NCBI GenBank assembly: GCA_036172245.1
Contig: JAYWIR010000034.1
Span: forward strand, 1,922,001 to 1,986,000
DNA length: 64,000 bases
Direction of reading: 5' to 3'
Source: Raillietiella orientalis
Taxonomy: Eukaryota
Position numbers and translations under genes: made by a program
Notes under the pieces: model-generated
What the model saw: the letters and a program-made list of their open reading frames with translations, nothing else
Databases searched by the model: none
Told to the model about the DNA's origin: nothing
Shown: piece after piece, positions 24,720-36,739 of the stretch
How the letters are laid out: each line of letters begins with the position of its first letter
How positions within the stretch are numbered: the first letter of the stretch is position 1

Positions 24720-27700
24720 AGTTGCTTTACTGGTCAAATTTATCGTAATGGTGATCGTTTCTCTGAGAAAGGATGGCCAAGTTCCTCCTGAAGTGATAAA
24801 TCAAGGAATTGGGATGTAGCTGTGTATTCTCTGGCCTCGATGACCTTCCATCTTTCGGAGGACAGTCTCACGGATCCCTACCAACACGGGATTTCAACGA
24901 AAGATTTCATCGAACCATGGTACTTGTAGTCGAAAACTGTCTCGCTCTGTATTTCCACGTTGTGTACATTTCGTACGGAGCAAGATTCCAGATGTTGCTC
25001 TTTCTACGCCTTGGGTTGGCTTCAAAATCTTTATTTTTTTTTCTTTTCCATGAGGGGGTGTGTGTGCGAAATTCATACTAAAAAAAAAAAAAAATCGTCC
25101 ATCGCATGCCGAACAGAACCGCCTGATCATCTCGTTTGCTGGGCACAGGAAAGGGCTATGACGACAACTCGGTAGAGTCTTCGAGGAAAGACTTCGGTGG
25201 TTTGCGCAAGCTTTCGACATTGCTCAAGCGATGACATGAAACCAGTAGCAGGGGCAATAAGGAACCGGCAAGCGAGCTGGATAAACACATCCATACATCT
25301 CGAGCTTGCCTTTTCCGGTCGTTCAGTTCATTGACTGCGCGGCGGACAATCGCCCCCGTCTCCTCGAATGGAGATGCAAGTTCTGGAACCCCCAACCGGC
25401 TTCACTCCTCCGCTTGTGTTGGCGACCTTCTCCCGTGTCGAAGAACTCCTTAGAGTCGTGCAATTACACTGGAGGATCTCCTTGGAATCCCGACAGATAC
25501 GAAGCGCAGTCCGGAGTTGCTTGGCGCTTGGCGGAGTTGCTCTTCACAGAGAAGCAAACGCTGCTGCAAAGCCTCGTCTCCTCCAAGCCACTTCCATTAA
25601 AGGGAAAAGGAGAGAAACACATCGCATCTTCGCGTCGACCGCATAGAGACAAGACACACATGGATTCTTGTTCTCCCCGAGATCTGCAATGAACGCTTTG
25701 CGACCACATCAGGTCTTCAGGGACCAGCGTGGTAGACGGCCGGTGAGCTCCTTTCCCATGTCTCCGTCACCTAAGCGACCAGGTACTGCCGGAATGTTCG
25801 CCGGTGAGCTACGGATGGCCTTTTCCCGGTCCTCGCCCTTGTTGCCAAGCACAAGGCAAGGAAGAGTGGTTCGTCCCCTCACTCCTCGGGGAACCTCTGA
25901 AAGCGATTCGGAAAGATTCATACGGACTGGGATTTCATTATTTCCGATGCGCCCGCCCGAGTTTTCCCGCTAATTCTTTGTAGACAGGACGCAGCGTTAC
26001 TTATGGAGGAACATTCGAATTTCAACCCTCCCAGCCCTCTAAATCACTCGTGAATCCTCCCAGTCCGATCATCCTGGCATCCTGGAAATGCAGCCCACGC
26101 TGCCACTGCTCCCACGTGCAAGAAGAGGCACGCCGCTATCAGTCGGCACGCAGTCTTTGGTGGGTCAAGCAAAAAAGGCAGAACGGCCCTGTTGCTGGGA
26201 AGAAAAAAAAAGGAAGGAAAAAAGCAGCGAGTCTCGACCATCCTCCCCGCTGTGCAAGAGCTGGAAAAATTCCGTTCCGAAGAGGGTTCTCCTGGCTTGA
26301 ATGCCAGCCCCTCCTCTGGTACGCCTCCACCCATTCGAACGTAAGGTCTGCGAAACATGCGGCAAAGGAGAGACGTAGGCGATACGAAAGTTTCGCCCGA
26401 ACTTCCAGTTCGAAGCACCCGGAAGTAACCGACTTGGGGCCCGACCAAAGTTCGTGGCGCACCCATGCGCCAAAAGCTGCAGAGTCTCAGGAAGAGATAC
26501 GTGGAAGACTGTTCCAGAAGTCCTGGAGCGATCATCGTGAAAAGGGCAGCTGGCAGAGCACTCGGGAGATGCCGACGGAGGAGGAAGTACTCTGGAAAGG
26601 GTGAGAAGGAAATTCTGGGGTCAGACACACGGATCCAGGCCCGCTCCCGTCGCGAGAGTTCACTTCGGGGCTGCTGAATGGGCAGGCCGAGGGAAACTCT
26701 GTGACTTCCGGGAACATCCATCGGTCAAGCACGCTCGTGGCAGAGACGGGAGGAAAACACATGGACCTCCCGTACTGTGTCGGCGCTGGGAGTTCCGAGA
26801 GACCAGCAGTCCGTATTCGTTACGAAGAGTCCGCGGCGGCGGCGGCGATGCGCGCGCGTGCGCCCCTAACGGCAGCTCGAGGAAGACGTTTCCCTGTTCG
26901 CAAGTCTACCGCGGACGGTGCTGCTCACGCACAACCGGAAAGAGAGAACCGGCAGAAGCGCGAAGGATCCCGCAAGACGGCGTGGGGTGTGCGCCGATTC
27001 CGGGATTTTCCTGAGGTGTTCTCTTTCCGAGCTCGCGTTTCGGCAGAGACCACTCGCAGGAGAAGGCAAGCGCGTGGACGGCAGCTCGCCCGATTGGCGG
27101 CCTGGAGAGGTGGGAGGGGCCAGAGGCTCTCAGGTCCTTTCCCAAGGTCCGATCCGCAGATGAGGTAGGGAAGAGGCACCAGTGCGTCTTTCTGACACGG
27201 GTCGTCAACAGGCGAAAGAGGCGGACACCTTCAGGTTCTGCTACTTCCGAGACTCCACAGAGAAGTCGGCAGCTCGTTCCCTCTTTCTTTCAGGGATGAA
27301 GGGGGACGCGTCCACGGTCAGTGGGTGACATCCAAGAAACCGAAGGCTACCCGGACTGGGTGGGGGTGGTCTCCAGCTGCCGAAAAGCGAGTAAGCCAGT
27401 TTGTGAAAGAATGACAACCAGTGGACAAGACGAAGAGCGCCATGGTCCTCTTGACTACTTTTGGCGCCGCTGCGCAGATTGTGGGAGGTCCATCATAGGG
27501 TCACGCACCCTCGGCAGACCTTGCTAGCGCGACGCGCGTTTACTCCCTTTCGTCTTCCGGTCCAGTGGCGGGGAGCCGACCGACAGATCACGACCGCTCG
27601 CGCAGAGGCCTTGGGGGCTTCGCCCGCCAGCAGAACTCTCGCAGGGAAGGGTTCCGGAGCCAGTTCGCCGCCATCTTGAAAACCGGGCAAATTTCTAAAT

Positions 27701-28052
27701 TTTTTCCAGAAAAGCAACAGGGGCGCGCGCGTGCACGCGGCTGCTCTTCCCGTTGCCTTCACGCGGACTCTTTCCGGTGTTCACCGAGGTCTCACACGAC
27801 AGCTCCGGAAGGGAACCACGTTGTGGCTGAGGGTTCGGAGCAACCATAGAGGAAAAGCGGGAGAAAAGGGAAAGCAAGAGGAGGAAAGACAACTCGAGAG
27901 GTTCGTTCACGAAACACCAGCTGCTTCTCGCAGTGAATTCTTTTCCTTTTTTTTTTTTGGCTTTTTTTGTCCTCTTTCTTTCCTGCCCCCTTCTCCTCGT
28001 GCGATGATGCCCTGCGGCTCTGAAGCACGCGAGCCCGAGGGACGCGCGGGCT

Positions 28053-31000
28053 TCACTTTTCCGGGAAGAGCTTCTCGAAGCAGTGGTGACAGTAAGGTTT
28101 GTCGTTCTGCTCTTTGAAGATGCCCTTGTTGAGCTGCTTCAAGCAGTAGGAGCAGACGAAGTGCTCGGGATGGAACTTCTTGTACATGGCGGTCACGCAG
28201 CGACCTGTAAAGTACGTTGAGGGCGGAGGATGGGGTCGGCACCCTAAGGCGCGTCTCTCACCCAAGACGGGCTTGTGGCAGCCCGCGCAGAGAGAGCCTC
28301 GCTTGGCATGGTAGTGGATGCTGCAGTACGGCTGGTCTTCGTGCTGGAAGAAGGCGCCTCCAGGGAAAGGCTGGCCGCAGTCCTGACAAGGGAAGAAAAC
28401 GAAAAGAAAGAAAACGACGATGTTGATTGGTGGGTGGGGAACACAGAGCGAGCGGACAAGGGTGCAGGAGGCACATGGCTCACCGCACGGGTCACGCCAC
28501 TCCTTCCGAACCACGCGAACGCATCGCGAAACAGGCCCTTCGGGAGGGGGCGTGCCCTCCGAGGGTATCGCCTTCCTTTCGCGGGTCGTCTTCGGCTACA
28601 CGCACATCACCGCCACCCTTCTCCGTCGGAGAGCCTTCGTTCGATAGGCGAACGCCACGAGCACACCCGAGAACTGCGTCACCGCGATGCGGCGTTCACG
28701 GAAGTTCGATCTGGAGAAGGAGGGAAGGGGAGGGGGGTGGGGGTGGAAGGAAAGAGGAGCTCCTTGCCTTCCTTCCTGGAGACCCTCCCCCTCGTGCGCC
28801 ACCCGAAAACTCGCGATGATGCGAGTTCCGCCGTCGTCTTGGGAACGTCTAGCGACGCCTGAGGGCGACAGCGAGCACGGTGCACGCGCTCTCCAGGACG
28901 GCAGGCGAAGGCGCGTGGATGCCGGTCATGATTTGCCCTTCACTCCACCCCCTCTCCCCGGTGCCGCCACTTCTGCAGGCAACAAGGAAAGAAGAGCGTG
29001 CGTGCGCTCCTTCCGGTAGAGGGAGCAGCAAGGATGCCACCACCGAAGGGCGGCACCGAGTGCGGTAGCTCCCCCCGGACTCGCGGATGCCTATCTCCGG
29101 ACGCCACAGTTTCCCGCTTCCTGCCTCGGCGGAGGCGCTTCCGGGCGGGTGGCCTCCTCCCTCCCTCCCTCTCTCTGTTTCTTTCGCACGAATCCGGCGC
29201 CACAATTGGTGCGAATGCCCAGTGACGACCGCGCAACCCCTTCGCGGGGTGCGAGGTGACCACGCGCGTGGCCGCGGCGAAAGACGCGCCTAGGCCGACT
29301 CGGCGGTCGGTCGGTTCGCCGGGCTCGAGAACATTCGCGGCATCGGCAGCGCCCGATGTAGGAGAACGGAGAGAAACGGCGAAGAAGAACGTGCAAACCT
29401 TCCTTTTTCAGCACCTCTGCCCCTCCAGCGACCGTTTCGTCCCACGCAAAAGGTCACACCTGCAAGTTCAAATTCCGTTTCGCAATTGACCGTCGCTTCC
29501 GGGTTGCGTTGCAAGGCGTCTCCTTCCCTCCCCAGCACTCAGCGGCCCTTCTGTTGCCTCCGATGGGTTTCGTGTTCGCCCCAAGTGAAGCGCCCAATGC
29601 AGGGGGCAGGGTGGAACTATCGCCTCCGCCGAACGGAGTCCGGACCACTTTCCGACAGCTGAAGATGCCGAACCGCCGCAAGCGGTTTGCATCCCTTTCA
29701 GCTTCCTTCAGATGGAGGCACGGAATCCTCGGGCCCCTGTCGTCGGCAAAACCGTGATCCTCTTGATCTTCGCTGCGGCACGCGGTTGACTACCTGCGAG
29801 GCCTGCGAAGCAGCCGACCGCGTGCCGCAGCGAAGGTCAAGGGGAGCCGTCCCCGGACGAACCCTTATCGGACATCGCGGAACGATTCCTAGAAGACGAG
29901 GTTCTCATCAGCTCTTCGTAAACGCAGAGCTCCATTTCAACAAGGCCGCTCGAGGCCTTGTCGACTGCTTCTTCTTCGATGCACTGAAGACAGCGAAAGT
30001 TCGGCGTGCATGTTGCACCCTTACGGGTCGCTCTTCTAGGAACCTTTTTTTTTTTTGAGGAGAAACAACACAGAAAAAAAGACACACTTAACATCATTAG
30101 TTAATGATCTTCAAGGTAAATATAGCAAATCTATTTCCAGCAGCGCATTTTCGCCCGCAGTACCTGTGCGTGTTCCCGAGAACGAAAGTGAAAGAGGACA
30201 TTTTTAACGAAAGTATGACAGCGCAAAGTTCAGTCAGCAGCAAGTCGGCCCGTTACGCTCTCAAAAGACACCACAGCCTGCACGGTACGCACGACGCAGG
30301 GTGCTGAGCCCATGAATTACTGCGCGGACCGAATCGCAACGCACCCTTGCGCAAGCAGCCCCGTTTCCTTATGCATCGCACGCCGATCGGGCCGACGAGT
30401 CGCACGCGCGGAAGGATGTCGCGCACACGCCTAGCCAGAGCGCCCCTCCGAGAAGACCGTGTCCCGAAGCGGGCCGCCCGCGTTCCTCGACTTCTCCGAG
30501 GGAGGTCTCCCGCCGCAGCGACGAACCGTGCTCTGGGGGAAAGCGACGCAGCGCGGGGAAGGTCCGCCCCGCCAGCTCCCCCCAGACCTTCTGCTTCGGG
30601 ACAGAGTGAGGATGAGCAGCGCAAGACGGCGAGCGACCGGCAGGCAGACCTTCCTTCGGCAGCGGTCCCGGCTCTCCGCTCCTGTCTTCCGGCAGCGGGT
30701 AGCCCGCGACTGCTTACCCCCCGGAAGGACTGCGAACTCTTCTTCGCAGAAGCAGCAGCCCGCCGCAGCTGGGAAAAAACGCGAGAACGTGCGCGTGGTG
30801 AACCGGGAAGCCAAGAGCTGCCGCTTTCGCGTGGCAGGGAGGAGGCGTTCTTCGGCAGGAAGAACCGTCTCCTCTCCCTTTGGAGGCAACCGAGTACCCG
30901 CTGTTCCTTTTCGTGTGTGCTGCCACGCCCTTGCCCTCCCTCCCAGTGGAAAGGCCTGCTGTTTGCGGTCACATACACGGGCCAAGCGACTGCCCCCGCC

Positions 31001-34000
31001 GTCTGCAGCGCCGATAGCACCCTGGATGTTCCCGCCGACTGCTTCGAAGTCTTTTTTTTTTTTTTTGTAAGTGTTCGCATTACGTTTATTGCATGAAGCG
31101 CGGCTTCTAGTCTTCGGCTACGGCAGCACTCGTTACCAGTTCTCTGTGGCTACTTTTTATTGTCATTTTTTTTCCTTGATGCCTGCGCAGCTGGCGCAGA
31201 TCGGTTTTCCAGCTTTTGTGTAGAAAGACTTGCCCGAGAAGGGCTTCTTGCACTCCTACAGGTCGACTCGGGGTCTGAGCTTTCGCCGCCCGCTCCTCAC
31301 TCACCCGGCAGACGAAGCAGTCCGGATGCCACTGCTTGTTCAGAGCCGACATGTAGTTGCCAAGGATGGGCTGCTCGCAGCCTCCGCAGCGAGGAGCGAA
31401 GATGGCGCTGTAGTCCGCCACGCAGTAGGCTTTCCCGTCTCGTTCCTGGTACCCGCCGTCACCGAACGGCTTCCCGCAGTGGGCGCAGAAGAAATGCTCG
31501 GGATGCCAAGTCTTTTCCAGCGCGGCGATGCATTTCTGGGGGAAGGGGGAAGGAAACAGGTGAGGCACGCGCGAGTAAACACGCGGAGAACCTACGTCGA
31601 GGATGGCGCCGTTGCAGTATGCGCAGCGTGGGGAGAAGAGCTCGTGGTAGTCTTTCTCGCAGTAAGGTTGGCCGTCCCTCTCGAAGTAGCTGCGGTTGCG
31701 CATTTCCTGGCCGCAGTGGGCGCACGTGAAGTGCTCCGGGTGCCAGGTGTGTCCCATCGCGGTTATCACCTAGGGAACAAGACAGATTCCATCAGAGCGG
31801 CCAAGCGCGCGCCAGATCGCATACTTCTCCGATGATGGGCTTCTTGCAGGAGTTGCAGCATCCCTGGTTGAATTCTCCGTGCTTGCTCATATCGACGGGA
31901 TGGCTTTCCAGGACACACTCCTGCTGACGAGTGGAGCGCGAGTCCTGCTCGCTGGTGGCTGATCTTTCGATTGTTGTGTTTGCCTTGACGGGAGTACTCT
32001 GGAAACGTCACAGGCATTCTTTTCGAAAAGGAGGAGTCTTGGAGTGAAACCAATCGCGAGGGCGGCCAAGAGGAATCAAAATAGCACACTTACGCGATAC
32101 TCGTGTAAAAGTGCCATCAACTGATCAAGCTCGTGTGTAGCCGACGACGCAGGCGTGGGGTTGCAAAGAGTTTTTCCTGTACTCGTTGTTGTGCGAGTGA
32201 TGCAGCGCTCCGTGAAAGATTCCCTGCACCGAAAACGAATGTCGCGGAGAAGGGCCCCACTCACGTGACTCCAGGTTTGGGATTTTTAACCACCGAACTC
32301 AGTTCTTCGAAATAGCTGTCCATCACAGGAGTTCGTTCTGCATCAGCATAGGCCGAACCTTGAACTCTCCTTGACACAACTAAGGCTAAAAGTGGAAACT
32401 GAACTTACTTGTACGCATCAGTGTGGGTGACAAACGCGCGTGCTCCAGGTCTCCTATCAGGGAATTCAGTTCTGCGAATTCGGGACCGACTTGCTTCTCT
32501 TTTGCTGTGCTTCTGGCCTGTGACTTCACCTGAAAGTGCTCGCGTGAAGCTCGCTATCGCTTCTGCTTCCGATGGCGCAGTCCACCAAAACACTCAGAAA
32601 CACACACACAGCGGATATGGGCAAGCAGGCAACTGAACACAGTGCTGCACACAATCGAACGTGCAGTGCCTTGAAGAAAAGACGAGCGAATTCCAAACAC
32701 GTTATTTTATCAGGAAGGCACGCATAAAACTTACTTTGCTGCAGGCACCGTCTACAGTTAAACCAAGGCGAAAATTCTAGGAAACGAAAATTCTACGAGA
32801 AAGATTTTTCAGCTTGCCACGCAGCTGCCCCGGCATCTTGAAAACGGAAGCAAACACGCAGCACACGACACAGTCCGACACCACGCCGAAGGACAGTGTG
32901 ATGATCTTGCAGGTGCGTTTCATGGCCCTGCTCTCACTATTTCTTCGTGGAATCGCTTTTCATCTAATGCACATCGCAGTGAAACTTGCAGTGAAACTGT
33001 GTGTGACCTGCGCAATCCACTGCAGAAGACGCCGCCAGTACATTAGCTCGATCCAGGGATTGCTATTCAGCTTACACTCTGATGGAAACATTTTTTCATG
33101 GCAATCGTTCGGTCCCAAGTGGACCAGTCACCATCAAAAAGAATCCTATTCTATACTCAACCTCTGCTATCAGCCACATGGGACCGCTCCGAGGAAACGA
33201 CCCCGTACTAGTGGATGCTCAAGACGGATCGCATCACTTAAGACACATTCAGAACAAGTTTCTATCGCAGATGAACCATCAAACGTGCTCTCCACCTTTC
33301 ATGACAAGCGCCTCCCATATCCTCTGAGGGGAAGGATTCGAAAAGCGCCACATACATTTGTTGCCAACGAATACTTCACTGGGGTACACGTACTTGGTTG
33401 GTAAATCGCCGGAGAGCGCTTCAGTAACCGCCAAGGAATCAACGCACAATCCCAAACAACTAAACCCAATTCAGCGAAATTGCGAAGAGGACACGACACT
33501 ACAAGTGGAACTGACTGCCATCCTTTTGACCGCAAATTCGAAATCGACTTGCGCTTCTTTGCTTTCGTTGCGTCTTCCGAGGAACCACGCTTGATGACAC
33601 CCCCTCTCCTGGGTCGTTCTTCATCGACATAAATCACACTGGAAACCTTGGCGACGGAATGCAACTGCTGACGCTCCATAATGGAATGATGAGTGTCGGC
33701 ACCGATTCACGGAAGGCCAGTTTTGTGGATGAACAAAAAAAGAGTTCGCAGATTTTGCGCTTCCCGAGAAAATGCAAGCTCGCAGATGGGCCTTGCGAGA
33801 CCCTGGGGGCTCCGGTAAACACACGATTGGAGAAAGGAAGGCAAAGTTCGACGGAAGAAGCAGGAAAACGTTTACAAGGCTTCTGTAAGCTGTGCGATAA
33901 ACACGTTACAAGCGGCCCGAGACCAAGTCAATTAGGCTACTTTTTAGGAACCTGCGGAGGTCGAAAAACACTCCATTGCTACATACGAATAAGAAGAATC

Positions 34001-35666
34001 CAAAAGTAAACCACCGAAAAAGGATCTGTGTCTATCACATGGGATCACCCAACGGATCTGTGTCTCTTGAACAAACTTCATTTTCACGGTCTGAAGGTCA
34101 CCTTCCGGGCCGTCGCCAGCTTTTGCATCTGCACGATCCTTCAGTTGCGAGAAAATTGAGGGAGTATCAATCCGACATACAAAACCCACAAAGAGACCGT
34201 GGCATACCAATTCGTGATCCACGTTCGTGATGACCGATGAATCGGTCTTTGCTCATCACCAATCTTCGTTACCTTCGTTTCAAATAGTACAGAAGTACCG
34301 AATTCCCTTATCTTCCTCACCTGCACTTCATTTCATTAAATTATGATCGCGTTCACGCCGCACTACAAGACTTCCTCTATTCATCCGATTATTTACAAGA
34401 TTGCAAACGCATCTCCATAACGGTTCGTTTCAATGTCGTGCGTTGCCTTGAGAATTGTTTTTCTTTAAGGGGTAAAACACACACACAAAAAAAACAGCTT
34501 TTCAAACTTCAACAGTATTTTGTAGAAGTGTTTTAAAATGAATGGGTTTTTGCCTCCATTCGATTTCCGGGAGATTTCTTTCTCTATGATTCAAAGTCTG
34601 TTTCCGGATCAACTCATTGGAAGAGGAGGATTTTTTTGCCGACAAACCTAGCTCGTATTTGAGCCACTATTTATATCCTTTGTCCCATCATTAATAACTG
34701 CGGGGAGAAAACGCTAAACGTTAAAAATGTTTTTTTCCATCATCATTTTCTGTACAGTGACTGCCATTCCAAAAGAAACAGTTTATCAGTACGATTAAAG
34801 ACGATGCCTACAAACCACATAATGAAGTTACCCCTCCTAACGATGCCTTCATTTTCTCTTGAGAGACTCTCGGCAGCGATTTATTTCATGAGTTGTTCGA
34901 GGCCAATGAATCAGAGCGGAAAAAAAGAAAAAATCTCAAACTGATAGAGCACCACATGCCCACATATTATTGCTTTTGTTTGTTTGTTTGTTTTTGTGTG
35001 TGTTTTTTTACGATAATAAGTTACAGAGGATACATTATGAGTATTGCGCATCATTCAAACGAGGCTGGTGGCGTGAACGCGCAATCCGTGCACTTCTACA
35101 TTTTCGGGAAATGAGGAAACTTTTGAAGAATCTGCAGATCGCCCTAGATCAATCGCGTTGGGAGGTGTGGGATGCATGTTACTTCAGTAGTCTCTGTACT
35201 ATGATTCCCACTTCCCACTACTATAAAAGAACAGCACGAGTGTGCATCACTTCACATGGAACACAAGACGATGCTGTATTTTCCATCGGTTGCAATTCAC
35301 TGATCCACTGCACCGAACTGCATCACCATCACGGCATCGTGGCAACCATTCATCCATGGTTTATATATATATATACACATATAAATAGTTGCACACATCG
35401 CCTCCATTACAAAATACACATGAATACAGTACATTACATGGAGAGCAGCACAATATTCCTGGGAACCCTTTCTGAACGCGGTTTGAGTAGTCTTGCGCGC
35501 ACGAGGGAAAAAGAAGAGTTCCGCCATGTACGTGGCATGAGAATAATAAAATAAAAACATACATCATCGGAAGCTTTCGACGAACAATTTATTGTCCCAT
35601 AGCCTTCTGAAACCTTGGCTGCTTTGTCGAGATTAACCGTTCTTGACAGATCGGCCAGCAATGCAT
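28053..35666 (-). CDS. PXN: Paxillin (LD motifs + four LIM domains), 5'-incomplete model
   Basis: Minus-strand exons: 35563-35666 (D|ALLADL, LD1, phase-1 acceptor), 32409-32529 ([11 protein letters not shown]2-like), 32265-~32379 ([12 protein letters not shown]3-like; acceptor ambiguous), 32094-32223 ([16 protein letters not shown]4), 31825-31998 ([17 protein letters not shown]), 31596-31769, 31305-31535, 28262-28382 and 28053-28204 (ends [12 protein letters not shown]). All GT-AG and phase-compatible, with four canonical LIM zinc-finger patterns. Extra exons between 32530 and 35562 cannot be excluded. Confidence 0.93.
31085..31090 (-). promoter_or_regulatory. Candidate polyadenylation signal of the short paxillin isoform
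   Basis: AATAAA on the minus strand about 75 nt after the alternative stop; a second AATAAA lies at 31156-31161. A genomic A15 run follows at 31052-31066. Confidence 0.5.
31163..31255 (-). CDS. PXN: Alternative terminal exon of paxillin completing LIM3 (3-LIM, PDLP-like isoform)
   Basis: After a 49-nt GT-AG intron (31256-31304) the frame reads [30 protein letters not shown]. This supplies the second half of LIM3 as an alternative to [12 protein letters not shown]... at 28382. Confidence 0.85.
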   Translation of the reverse strand, partial: ECKKPFSGKSFYTKAGKPICASCAGIKEKK

Positions 35667-36268
35667 CTGGAACGAGAGCACGGATTGATTACACGTGTGC
35701 GGACTACCAAACAAAAACACGGCTGCAGTTTCAGGAAAACGCCAAACTGAAACCGAGGAATCCGCAATTTGGAGGTGAGTGTGCAGTTGGCATGCAGAGC
35801 AGCATGCAAACAAATTCGAGCATCTTCACTTTCAATTGACATGCCATTAACACACGGTTTCGGCAGATGGGAGGAACGAATGGACACTAAACGAATAACT
35901 ATTGCCAACACGTAAGCAAAAGGAGATTCCGAACCTCGTGTGCTGGAGATGCTGTTTAACGCGCGGAATGCGTAATCATTCGCTTACTTTCCGCAAATTA
36001 CATATTTTTTTTATGTAACACAGTGAAAATGCATATGTGCCGCCGGACGTCTCCTGTAGTTGTCACAAAGCATCAAACAGCACCTGACTTTTCCTTGAAC
36101 CTGCAGGAACTGTGTAAGTGAACTCTTTGGGGAAATCAGCATGGTGTCAGCAGACTTTGAAGATGCTGAAAACTTTTCCTAAATCTTGCTGTTTTTCTTG
36201 TTTCCCATCAAATATGAACGTCATTTCGTCGAGGGGAAAAAAATTACGAAAATGAAAAAAACCATTTA

Positions 36269-36739
36269 TTAACAAGAAAAAAAAATAGCTGGATAGTTTT
36301 GAAACCAACAACCCAGCATTCGGTGGCAACCTCGAAGAGTGCAAACTTGAAAAGAGCACTCCTTAACACTCCAATCACGTCTCCTGAGCACGAAACGATC
36401 CTGGAAGCAGCAGCATTCTACTAGTAACATCCCTTTCCGAACCCGTGCGAAGGTTTCCGAAACGCGTAGAGCCATCAACTGTGGGTATCTGAACAAACAA
36501 GTGCAGTTCACCTCTTGCGGGTACACTGAGGTTTGTAGAACACTAATGGTCCCTAGCTCGTACCGCCAGATGCTGAACATGAGCGCGCTCTTTGTCCAGT
36601 GGTGCACTCGGTCTCGAAAAGAAATACAACTTGGCATTTCATAGACCCTGACGACTACCCTCACGGAGTTTGCATCGGATGACTTGAAGAGGGAGACCCC
36701 AGTCGCCTTGCACAAATCTGCAGGCGAGGTATCGCCCAC
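36269..36739 (-). mobile_element. Possible LINE ORF1 remnant in paxillin upstream/intronic DNA
   Basis: 156-codon ORF in moderate-GC DNA with VRVVVRVYEMPSCIS followed by a Cys/His-rich end. Loosely ORF1-like, with no diagnostic motif. Confidence 0.22.

Noticed and set aside
33299..34326. Possible additional paxillin exons (for example 34273-34320, [16 protein letters not shown])
   Set aside because: The acceptors are weak and there is no paxillin-like motif. The LD1 and LD2 exons already join in phase without them, so this is left unresolved.
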